A stretch of 43,274 nt of DNA, taken from NCBI GenBank assembly GCA_964605745.1, contig CAZSDT010000004.1:1-43274 (forward strand). The letters run 5' to 3'. The notes under the pieces are model-generated. The model was not told the origin of the DNA. It saw only the letters and a program-made list of their open reading frames with translations, and made no database searches. The position numbers and the translations under genes are program-made. This stretch comes from an uncultured archaeon (lineage in GTDB: Archaea; Iainarchaeota; Iainarchaeia; Iainarchaeales; JAAZKV01). Shown in pieces: positions 35,941 to 43,274 of this stretch (its first letter is position 1; every line of letters starts with the position of its first letter).

Positions 35941-36282
35941 ATGGAACTAGCACAATATATTATTGTAAATTCTTCACTTGGAATGAACAAAGGAAAAATT
36001 GCAGCTCAAGTGGCACACGCAGCTGTAAGTGTATTAGACAAAGCAGATAGAGAAACAATATCAGAATGGAAAATGACAGGAATGAAAAAAATTGTTCTAA
36101 AAGTTGCTAGTACAGAAGAACTAATTGAATTATTTGAAAAAGTAAAAAGAAAATTACCATGCGCATTAATAACTGATGCAGGAAGAACACAAATAGAAGC
36201 AGGAAGCAAAACATGTTTTGCATGCGGACCGATTGATGAAAATGAAGGAAAAAAATATTTTTCGCATTTAAAATTATTATAA
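35941..36282 (+). CDS. pth: Peptidyl-tRNA hydrolase, archaeal/eukaryotic type (Pth2)
   Basis: YIIVNSSLGMNKGKIAAQVAHAAV...ITDAGRTQIEAGSKTCFACGP matches the Pth2 family. Confidence 0.9.
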   Translation: MELAQYIIVNSSLGMNKGKIAAQVAHAAVSVLDKADRETISEWKMTGMKKIVLKVASTEELIELFEKVKRKLPCALITDAGRTQIEAGSKTCFACGPIDENEGKKYFSHLKLL

Positions 36283-36318
36283 ACAAAAATAAAAAAACAA
36301 AAAGAAGGGAACTATAAC

Positions 36319-37098
36319 ATGGGCGGCGGATTTTTAACACACATTGCTAATCTAATAAAAGAATCAGATATTGTAATAGAAATTATTGATGCGCGAAGAC
36401 CGGATGAAACACGAAACATACAACTAGAGAAAGCAGTTAAATCAAAAAGAAAACAATTACTAATTGTAATGAACAAATCTGATTTGGTTGAAGACAAAAA
36501 ATTTTTAGAACAAAAAAAAGCTGAAATCAGTGCAAGTTCTCGGTCAAAAGTAATTTTTGTTTCAGCGCTTGAGCGAGACGGAATGAACATGATTAGAAAA
36601 GAAATAGGAATGGGTCCGAACAAGGAAGAAGGAAAAGATACAATTGTGGGAATAATTGGATACCCTAATGTTGGAAAAAGCACTTTACTTAATTCACTCG
36701 CAGGAAAAGGCAGAGGAAGAGTAGCAACAAGCAGAAAAGCAGGACTTACTCGAGGATTATCAAGAGTAAAAGTAACTGATGATGTTTACTTAATTGATTC
36801 GCCCGGAATTATTCCATTCAAGGAAGAAGAATTTAATTTATTTTTAGTTGAATCAAAAAACCCAAACCAATTAACTGACCCAGAGCTAATAGCAGTAAAA
36901 TTAGTTCAATATTTGGGAAATGAAAAAATTGCAAAAGCATATGAGTTAGATTTAGAAAAAGCAAAAAGCGCTGATGAAGATGAAATAATTGAAATGATTG
37001 CAGCAAAAAGAAACATGCTCCAAAAAGGCGGAATACCAGATTATAGAAAAGGGGCAAGAGATATACTTGAAAAATACCAAAGACATGAATTTAAGTGA
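36319..37098 (+). CDS. Circularly permuted GTPase (YlqF/RbgA / MMR-HSR1-like ribosome biogenesis GTPase)
   Basis: G4 (MNKSDL) precedes G1 (GYPNVGKSTLLN) and G3 (DSPGI). N-terminal DIVIEIIDARRP. Confidence 0.8.
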   Translation: MGGGFLTHIANLIKESDIVIEIIDARRPDETRNIQLEKAVKSKRKQLLIVMNKSDLVEDKKFLEQKKAEISASSRSKVIFVSALERDGMNMIRKEIGMGPNKEEGKDTIVGIIGYPNVGKSTLLNSLAGKGRGRVATSRKAGLTRGLSRVKVTDDVYLIDSPGIIPFKEEEFNLFLVESKNPNQLTDPELIAVKLVQYLGNEKIAKAYELDLEKAKSADEDEIIEMIAAKRNMLQKGGIPDYRKGARDILEKYQRHEFK

Positions 37099-37341
37099 AA
37101 AAAAAATAAAAGAGAAAAAATAAACTTTTTAGAAATTAATTTATAAAATAAATTTAAAAAATAAAATTTAAAGTTGTTTAATTTCTTCAATCAATTGTTT
37201 TAACTTCATTTTTTTGCTCAAAGAAGTTTCTTTCTCTAAACGAAGTTTTAATTCGTGAATAATCTCATCATTTCCAATACGCATACCAAATACAAATTAA
37301 AAAAGAGTTAAAATACTATTCAATTGAAAAAAAGCTTTTGA

Positions 37342-37746
37342 TTAAGGAGAGATTAGGGCTTCAAGAGAAATTGTGTTTTTTCTTGCTTCTTCTAGCGAAA
37401 TCATAAAATTTTTTCCAGCATTGTGAAAATGTTCAAACTTTACAAAAAGCCAACCTTCTCTAGGAATCTTCCACCCCACAAAAAATTCTGCTCCGGCAGT
37501 TTTTGCCCAGTTAACTTCATCACTCATTGTAATACAAGGAATTGCTAAGTGCTTTCCTTTCCAAGCTTTGCACTCAATTGCTAAAATTCGACCACTCTTT
37601 AATGCAACTACATCAGGAGAAGGCAAAGGACTTACTCCACTTCCCGCAACCCTTAACACTGCAAAACCTTTATCAGAAAGAGTGTGAATTAATTCCCGCT
37701 CTGCATTTGCACCTTTATTATAATGAGCCATTTTTTCACAAACCAT
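37342..37746 (-). CDS. hjc: Holliday junction resolvase Hjc
   Basis: GANAERELIHTLSDKGFAVLRVAGSG...PDVVALKSGRILAIECKAW gives the E...D...E-x-K core of archaeal Hjc. Confidence 0.85.
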   Translation of the reverse strand: MVCEKMAHYNKGANAERELIHTLSDKGFAVLRVAGSGVSPLPSPDVVALKSGRILAIECKAWKGKHLAIPCITMSDEVNWAKTAGAEFFVGWKIPREGWLFVKFEHFHNAGKNFMISLEEARKNTISLEALISP

Positions 37747-37795
37747 TTTTAAGTTAAAAATGCATATACTAAAAAAATTGAATTAATTTATTTAT

Positions 37796-37978
37796 TTACT
37801 GATACAACCCTTTTGGAGAATGCGCATCCTTTGTTGATAAATCAATTAACTGGTCTTTGCTCAAATTTCTTTTCTCTGCCTTTGAAAGAGTTTTGTTTTT
37901 TGTTGATTTTGAGTTACGCTCATTAAGAAGGCGTCTTCTTTCTTTTGAAGATTCACTAAAAGGATTCTTTTTTTCCAT
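37796..37978 (-). CDS. Small basic protein (60 aa), tandem paralog B
   Basis: MEKKNPFSESSKERRRLLNERNSKSTKNKTLSKAEKRNLSKDQLIDLSTKDAHSPKGLYQ. The start was chosen by alignment with paralog A. The track's longer ORF overlaps paralog A. Confidence 0.5.
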   Translation of the reverse strand: MEKKNPFSESSKERRRLLNERNSKSTKNKTLSKAEKRNLSKDQLIDLSTKDAHSPKGLYQ

Positions 37979-38006
37979 TTTTTTCAACTCCATAAATTTG
38001 TTAAAT

Positions 38007-38189
38007 TTAATCATTAATTGCAGTAGGTAAACGATAAGCATCTTTTGAAGACAAAGCAACTAATTGAGCTTTAGTCAAAGTCTTGTTTTCTGCACCCTTA
38101 ACTGAATCCTTTTTGGACCCTGAATTTTTGGCATTTGCAAGCAACCTTCTTTCTTTTGAAGCTTCACTAAAAGGATTCTTTTTCTTCAT
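38007..38189 (-). CDS. Small basic protein (60 aa), tandem paralog A
   Basis: MKKKNPFSEASKERRLLANAKNSGSKKDSVKGAENKTLTKAQLVALSSKDAYRLPTAIND. ATG 38189 is preferred to TTG 38201. Confidence 0.5.
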   Translation of the reverse strand: MKKKNPFSEASKERRLLANAKNSGSKKDSVKGAENKTLTKAQLVALSSKDAYRLPTAIND

Positions 38190-38449
38190 ATATTTAATCA
38201 ACTCTAAATTTAATTAATACTAAATACAATATAAGGTTCCCCACTTTAAAATCTTATCCAATTATTAAAAAACTCTCTTTTATGCAAATTAGCCAAAACG
38301 CCCAATACAATCAAAACTTGAGCCTAAGAAAACCTTTATATTCCCTTCAATAACTAAATTAATTGTAAAGAGCTCTAAAAGAGCTGTGTAAATAAAACAC
38401 GAAAAGTGTTTTTACGGGTATTAAAGAAAAAGTTTTGTGCGAGAATGCA

Positions 38450-38719
38450 ATGGAAACAATATTGAACGCTAAAATAAGCACTGGGAAAAATAAATTTGAA
38501 TTATCTTTTGATAAAGAAAAAGAAATTATTTTAATTAAAGCAACCCAGCAGCCAGAAAAAAATAAAGCGAACAAAGAAATCATAAAAGAATTAAAAAAAT
38601 TCTTCAAAGTTGACACACATATTGTTTTCGGACTTACGAGCAAAGAAAAAAAAATTAAAATTTATTTGCCAAAAGAAGAAGTCATAAAAAAATTAGAAGA
38701 ACACACAAACTATTTCTAA
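38450..38719 (+). CDS. DUF167 (YggU/UPF0235) family protein
   Basis: ATQQPEKNKANKEIIKELKKFFKVDTHIVFGLTSKEKKIKI fits the DUF167 signature (P-x-x-G-K-A-N...G-x-t-S-r-x-K). ATG 38450 is preferred to TTG 38435. Confidence 0.65.
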   Translation: METILNAKISTGKNKFELSFDKEKEIILIKATQQPEKNKANKEIIKELKKFFKVDTHIVFGLTSKEKKIKIYLPKEEVIKKLEEHTNYF

Positions 38720-38830
38720 AAAAACCCAATTAAGTAATGCAAATTACTGAGTTTGAAAAAAAAACAAAACAGCAAATTGCTTTATTAATTTACAAAATAA
38801 AATGCCAAAAAACAAGGAGAAGTGGTTAAA

Positions 38831-40324
38831 ATGGCAAAGACATATTTAAGCGCAGTAAAGTACGAAGTACTTGCAAATTATGAAGTACAAGGAGTAGTTG
38901 AAAAACCAGACATTGTGGGAGCAATATTCGGACAATGCGAAGGTCTTTTAGGCGAAGACATGGACTTAAAAGAATTACAACAAGCAGGAAAAATCGGCAG
39001 AATAGAAATAACTGTTAACAAAGGAAAAGGAACAACAAGCGGAGAAGTTATTATCCCTAGTTCTTTAGACCAAGTAAAAACAAGTATATTAGCTGCAACA
39101 ATTGAAACTGTTGAAAAAGTTGGACCATTCGAAGCGAAAGTAAAAGTTCTAAAAATTGGAGACACTCGAAAAGAAAAAAGAGATGTTATTGCAGACAGAG
39201 CAAAAGAACTACTAAAACACATGCAAAAGTTTGAAGGAGTAGAAAGCTCTGAACTTGCTGCAGAAATAAAAACTGATATTAGAACAGAAAAAATTCTTTT
39301 ATTCAACGGACTACAAGCTGGACCAGAAGTAGAAAGTTCTCCAGAAATAATTGTTGTTGAAGGACGAGCAGATGTACTAAAATTACTAAGCTACGGAATC
39401 AATAACGCAGTAGCAATGAACGGAGGAAATATTGATACTCCACTAATTGCATTATGCAAAGAAAAAGTAGTAACTGTTTTAATTGACGGGGATAGAGGCG
39501 GAGAATTAAATGTAAAAAAATTAGCTTCATTAACAAAAGTTGATTTTGTTGCAAAAGCTCCTGATGGAAAAGAAGTTGAAGAACTAATGCAAAAAGAAAT
39601 ACTACAAGCATTAAAGAAAAAAGTTCCATTCAGCGAAGCATTCACTGGAAAAGAAAACTCTAGTGAACAAGCACCAGCATTTTTACAACAAAGAAATGAT
39701 TTTAGACCAAACAACTTTGAAAGAAGAGACTTTGGACACCGAGATAATTTCCGACCAAACTTCAACAATGGTCCAAGAAATGATTTTAGACCACAAGGAT
39801 TCAACAACCAAAGACATGATGATCGAGGAGTTCGACCATTTGATAATCGAAATAATTTCAGACCAAACAACTTCGAAAGAAGAGACTTTGGACACCGAGA
39901 TAATTTCCGACCAAGTTTCAACAATGGTCCAAGAAATGATTTTAGACCAAACAACTTTGAGAGAAGAGACAATTTTAGACCAAACTTCCAACCAAGAGAA
40001 GAAATTGTTAATATTCCAAGAGTAGAAATCAAGCAAGAACTTCCAAAAGATTTGGAAAAATTGCGAAAAGTTTTTGACAAATTGAAAGGAAAGTCAAAAG
40101 CAACTCTACTAGATTCTAAGAAAAAGAAAATCAAGGAAGTAGATGTAAAAGATTTACTTTCAGAAGTTCAAGACTCAAAGAAAAAAGTAGATACAGTAAT
40201 GTTTGATGGAATAATCACAAACAGACTAATAGAGGCGGCAAGTGCAAAAGGAGTAAGCACCATAATAGGTGTAAAGAAAGGAAATATTACTCCAAACGAA
40301 AAAGTAAAAACATTCACAATGTGA
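38831..40324 (+). CDS. dnaG: Archaeal DnaG (Toprim primase / exosome-associated protein) with an internal repeat insertion
   Basis: YEVQGVVEKPDIVGAIFGQCEGLLGEDMDLKELQQAGKIGRI N-terminus. Toprim motifs IIVVEGRADV and LIDGDRGGE. ATG 38831 has an AGGAG SD upstream. Confidence 0.9.
   Translation: MAKTYLSAVKYEVLANYEVQGVVEKPDIVGAIFGQCEGLLGEDMDLKELQQAGKIGRIEITVNKGKGTTSGEVIIPSSLDQVKTSILAATIETVEKVGPFEAKVKVLKIGDTRKEKRDVIADRAKELLKHMQKFEGVESSELAAEIKTDIRTEKILLFNGLQAGPEVESSPEIIVVEGRADVLKLLSYGINNAVAMNGGNIDTPLIALCKEKVVTVLIDGDRGGELNVKKLASLTKVDFVAKAPDGKEVEELMQKEILQALKKKVPFSEAFTGKENSSEQAPAFLQQRNDFRPNNFERRDFGHRDNFRPNFNNGPRNDFRPQGFNNQRHDDRGVRPFDNRNNFRPNNFERRDFGHRDNFRPSFNNGPRNDFRPNNFERRDNFRPNFQPREEIVNIPRVEIKQELPKDLEKLRKVFDKLKGKSKATLLDSKKKKIKEVDVKDLLSEVQDSKKKVDTVMFDGIITNRLIEAASAKGVSTIIGVKKGNITPNEKVKTFTM
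39704..39970 (+). repeat. In-frame direct repeats inside dnaG: two 90-nt copies plus a 27-nt partial third
   Basis: 39704-39793 and 39860-39949 differ at 3 of 90 nt. 39944-39970 restarts the unit. They encode RPNNFERRDFGHRDNFRP(N/S)FNNGPRNDFRP. Confidence 0.9.
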
Positions 40325-40336
40325 AAACTATTTTTT

Positions 40337-40378
40337 AATAAGTGAAGGGGAAAATCCTTTCACTTATTTTATTTTTTT
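40337..40378. terminator. Long hairpin plus T-tract between the convergent dnaG and a membrane-protein gene
   Basis: AATAAGTGAAGG-ggaaaat-CCTTTCACTTATT (12 bp with one bulge), followed by ttttattttttt. Confidence 0.5.
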
Positions 40379-40471
40379 AAAAATAAATAAAATATTTTAT
40401 TAAAAACTAAAAAAAGAAGAAATGAGTAAAAGCAATTTTTAATTTACTTTTACCCAAAATTAAATTAATTT

Positions 40472-40960
40472 TTATTTTCTCTTAAATGGTCTTGCAACCT
40501 GTTCAACTTCTTCAATCGGTATTACTACAGCATTATTGAACATTAAGAACAATGCTAGTAGGAACAAAGCCGCCCAAACAAAGAAACAAGCTACTGGTTG
40601 AACCAATGCTGTTGCTGCTTGACGAGAAGTCATACTTAATTGCATAGCAGGAACCTGAGCCCCTGTAATTTGATACAATGAATTCTTACAATCTTGGAAC
40701 CTTAATTCAGCTAAAAGCTGGTCAGACCCCACAAGAGAAGTTAATTCATTTTTTCCTGAAAATTCAACACACTTATTGAAATCCCTAACTGACTGCCAAG
40801 AATCAAACATCACAGCAGCTGACTGAACAAGCATTAGAACAGTTATTATTCCTAGAAAAACTCCGAGAACTTGCGTCCAGCGAAATTCCTTAGTTCCAAG
40901 CCTGAGCAAAATAGTTTTCCGCACAAACATCACCTTTAGTAATAACAACCAAAAACCCAT
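40472..40960 (-). CDS. Membrane protein, unknown function
   Basis: Two clear TM segments (VLGVFLGIITVLMLVQSAAVMF; CFFVWAALFLLALFLMF). The start is uncertain. Composition differs from its neighbours. Confidence 0.4.
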   Translation of the reverse strand: MGFWLLLLKVMFVRKTILLRLGTKEFRWTQVLGVFLGIITVLMLVQSAAVMFDSWQSVRDFNKCVEFSGKNELTSLVGSDQLLAELRFQDCKNSLYQITGAQVPAMQLSMTSRQAATALVQPVACFFVWAALFLLALFLMFNNAVVIPIEEVEQVARPFKRK

Positions 40961-41157
40961 ATTTAAGCTTATGGCAAAGGACCCAAAATTAAGAAAAAAT
41001 ATAATTTAACTACAAATTAAAATTATTTTATTGCATTAATGAAAAAATAGAAAATTTTAAAAAAAAACCCTAAAGTCAAGGTTTAAAAAAACACTTCAAG
41101 AAACATTTTCTTATACAACAATAAAAATAGCTACAAAGTGGCTAAAAATAGTAAAAT

Positions 41158-41230
41158 GGGCTCGTAGCCTAGCGGTTATGGCATCACCCTTACAAGGTGG
41201 GGGTCGTCGGTTCGAATCCGACCGGGCCCA
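41158..41230 (+). tRNA. tRNA-Val (anticodon UAC)
   Basis: Hand-folded cloverleaf: acceptor GGGCTCG/CGGGCCC (one G-U), anticodon stem TCACC/GGTGG, loop C-U-UAC-A-A, T arm GTCGG-TTCGAAT-CCGAC, discriminator A. No intron and no encoded CCA. Confidence 0.9.
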
Positions 41231-41326
41231 TTTAAATTAATTAAAAACTAGAAAAAAACAACTCTACTTTTAAAAATCAAATTCTTAACCAAATATTAAT
41301 AATAACTAAAATCATACTAATTGTAC

Positions 41327-43057
41327 ATGAAAAAAATAATATTTTTTTTAGTACTCCTCTTTTGCATAAGTTTTTGCTATTCAGAAGATATTTCTGCTGA
41401 ATCTATTTACCCAACCACTGTTGGAGAACTAAACGCCATAGTGACTTTGTATGGGCAAGGAACAATAAGCGGACTTAAAACTGGAGAAGAAGCAAAATTT
41501 CAAACAATAACTTTTCAAAACACGCCACTACAAAATGTAAAAATAATTAAAGAAGAATTAATTATAGATGGAACAATTTTTTATTCAAAACCAATTCTTG
41601 ATAAATTTGGAAACAAATACGCTTTATTTAACATAACAAAAAATGGTTCTTTTAGTTATGAAATAGTTGCAGAGGTAAATATCATTACAGCAATCCCAGA
41701 AATAATTGATTCAAAAATAATTGAACCAAGCGAAGCACTAAAACAATACACTCTTGCAAGCGAAAAAGTAGAAAAAGATTCAGTAGAAATAATAAATCTT
41801 ACAAAAAACAAATTAGTAACAACTGATTTTCTTGATACTTTAAACACAACCATACTTTGGGTAAATGATTACGTTGAATATGCAACAGGAAATGAATTTA
41901 ACAAATATTATTTACAACAAAAAACAGCAGTTGAAACACTATTAAACAAAAAAGGGGTTTGTGATGAATTTGCTAATCTTGCAACCGCTATGCTTCGAGC
42001 AAAAAATATACCAACTAAACTGGCTATGGGAATAACATATGATGGATCAAATTGGGGAAACCACGCTTGGCTTGAGGTATACAATGAAAAACAAAAAGAA
42101 TGGATTCCTTCTGACCCAACATTTAGAGAAACCGGATTTGTTGATGCAACCCACATAAAAATGGGTTCATTTAGCGATGTTTCATTATCTTTGGCAAAAG
42201 CAACTTACCCACAAACAGCAAATATTTCATTCGACACCCAATCAAAATTACCAAAAGTAGAAATAAAAAATTTAAAATATTTTAATTTAGTAACACTAAG
42301 CGCAAAAGACCAAGAAATAAAAACAAACACGTGGAATGAAATAAAAATAAATATTACTAACAACACTAACCGAGTGTTAAACGCACCAATAAGCATAAAA
42401 GAAAACTACAACGAAATACTTTTTATGGAAAAAAAACAAACAGAAATACTTGCCCCAAAAGAAACAAAAGAAATTACTTTCAAGATATACCCAACTATAG
42501 ATTTAGAAGAAAACCAAATCGCAAAAGCAACTTTGACTTTTAATAGTTTATCTCAACCAATAAAACAAAATATTACTATAACAAAAAGCAAACCAATAGA
42601 AAACGGTGAACTAATAATTGAAGATATTACACCAATTGCACACGAAGGAACACTACTAATCCAAATAAAAGCAATTAATTATTTTAATTCAGACAAACAA
42701 ATTGATTACAATATAATAAGCAATTCATTTTCAAAAACACAAACAGAAATTATTCCTAAACTAAGCGAAAAACAAATCGAAATAAAAATTGATAATTATA
42801 AAAACGAAAATTATTTAATCAAAATAAACACTCCTACAAGCATCTACACTCAAACAATAACAACCACGCAACAAACACTAATCACTTCAAAACCTTTAGA
42901 AAAACAAACAGTAGTAGAACAAAAAATCGATTCAACCGATACAAACAATGCAGAAGGAATAATGCTAAAAAATCCGCTAATTATAATGATAGGAATACTA
43001 ATTGTTGTAGGACTACTTCTAATGGGAATCCTTTGGACAAACAAAAGATATGTTTAG
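41327..43057 (+). CDS. Surface-anchored transglutaminase-like cysteine protease-fold protein
   Basis: Signal peptide (KKIIFFLVLLFCISFCYS). Cys-His-Asp contexts GVCDEFANL, GNHAWLEVY and IPSDPT. Beta-rich C-terminal repeats. C-terminal TM plus a KRYV tail. Confidence 0.75.
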   Translation: MKKIIFFLVLLFCISFCYSEDISAESIYPTTVGELNAIVTLYGQGTISGLKTGEEAKFQTITFQNTPLQNVKIIKEELIIDGTIFYSKPILDKFGNKYALFNITKNGSFSYEIVAEVNIITAIPEIIDSKIIEPSEALKQYTLASEKVEKDSVEIINLTKNKLVTTDFLDTLNTTILWVNDYVEYATGNEFNKYYLQQKTAVETLLNKKGVCDEFANLATAMLRAKNIPTKLAMGITYDGSNWGNHAWLEVYNEKQKEWIPSDPTFRETGFVDATHIKMGSFSDVSLSLAKATYPQTANISFDTQSKLPKVEIKNLKYFNLVTLSAKDQEIKTNTWNEIKINITNNTNRVLNAPISIKENYNEILFMEKKQTEILAPKETKEITFKIYPTIDLEENQIAKATLTFNSLSQPIKQNITITKSKPIENGELIIEDITPIAHEGTLLIQIKAINYFNSDKQIDYNIISNSFSKTQTEIIPKLSEKQIEIKIDNYKNENYLIKINTPTSIYTQTITTTQQTLITSKPLEKQTVVEQKIDSTDTNNAEGIMLKNPLIIMIGILIVVGLLLMGILWTNKRYV

Positions 43058-43114
43058 AAACTTCAAAAAAAGCAGGTTTTTAAACAATACACGAAAGAAG
43101 AATAATTAATGATG

Positions 43115-43274
43115 TTTGCAAAGCAAATGAACAAAACAAAGCGATCGTTGCCATAGCGACCTTTTAAAAAAAGGTCGACGAAAAACGCAACGATTAAAAG
43201 CTGCAAAGCAGCAAAAACAAAAACAAAGCGATCGTTGCCATAGCGACCTTTTAAAAAAAGGTCGACGAAAAACG
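43115..43274. repeat. Tandem ~87-nt repeat with nested hairpins, truncated by the window end
   Basis: An identical 47-nt core, GCGATCGTTGCCATAGCGACCTTTTAAAAAAAGGTCGACGAAAAACG, occurs at 43141-43187 and 43228-43274. A related flanking hairpin occurs at 43115-43127 and 43200-43212. Confidence 0.8.

Noticed and set aside
37168-37284. 38-aa minus-strand ORF (MRIGNDEIIHELKLRLEKETSLSKKMKLKQLIEEIKQL) downstream of hjc.
   Set aside because: It has no recognisable family and no clear ribosome-binding site. In AT-rich DNA, short Lys/Glu-rich ORFs arise easily. It is worth checking by conservation but is not supportable as a gene from sequence alone.
38394-38413. Hairpin AAAACAC-gaaaa-GTGTTTT followed by T, with an AGAGCTCT palindrome upstream, between a TATA-like box (~38333) and the DUF167 start. 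It could be a small RNA or attenuator.
   Set aside because: The element is short and AT-rich with no box motifs. It is equally explained as 5' UTR structure. There is not enough evidence to call an RNA gene.
39391-40134. Long alternative-frame and antisense ORFs over dnaG: 247 aa on the minus strand, 39663-40025 on the plus strand, and 39683-40036 and 39399-39629 on the minus strand.
   Set aside because: They coincide with the stop-free repeat tract of dnaG and translate to low-complexity sequence. The dnaG frame carries the conserved Toprim and N-terminal motifs.
43141-43274. Possible start of a CRISPR array: two identical 47-nt repeats separated by 40 nt, with the repeat ending in ...CGAAAAACG.
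   Set aside because: Only two copies are visible and no cas genes are in the window. The 47-nt repeat is long for CRISPR. The sequence preceding repeat 1 resembles the supposed spacer, with the same hairpin and A-rich linker, so the whole ~87-nt unit is repeated. That fits a tandem repeat rather than repeat-spacer architecture. It cannot be fully excluded without the downstream sequence.

Overview
Strongly AT-rich, gene-dense archaeal window. The informational genes are archaeal: ABCE1, aPelota, Elp3, class I CCA-adding enzyme, aEF-1beta with its Zn-ribbon partner, RpoK, S17e, Rad50, HerA, NurA, Hjc, archaeal DnaG, Pth2, and a tRNA with a bulge-helix-bulge intron. Proteins are small and metabolic genes are few. 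This looks like a reduced-genome (DPANN-like) archaeon, but the lineage cannot be fixed without a database search. The first ~9.8 kb is an Epd/Tad-like type IV pilus locus: an ATPase (5' truncated), two half-size T2SSF platform genes, an A24 prepilin peptidase and ten prepilin-like ORFs. Three of these are below the ORF-track size cut-off and were found by reading the sequence. An OB-fold / polytopic membrane / JAB-protease trio interrupts the locus. The rest is mostly housekeeping. Unusual items: (1) IscU is split by a LAGLIDADG intein exactly at its cluster-ligand Cys. (2) A truncated family-B DNA polymerase homolog has substituted catalytic carboxylates and sits upstream of rpoK-rps17e, next to HerA/NurA/Rad50. 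(3) DnaG carries a recently duplicated R/F/N/D-rich repeat insertion. (4) Two 60-aa basic proteins are encoded in tandem next to hjc. (5) An intergenic cluster has three AAAGC/GCTTT hairpins. (6) A structured ~87-nt tandem repeat runs off the 3' edge. No cas genes, rRNA, transposases or recognisable defence systems were seen. All calls rest on motif recognition by eye; no searches were run.
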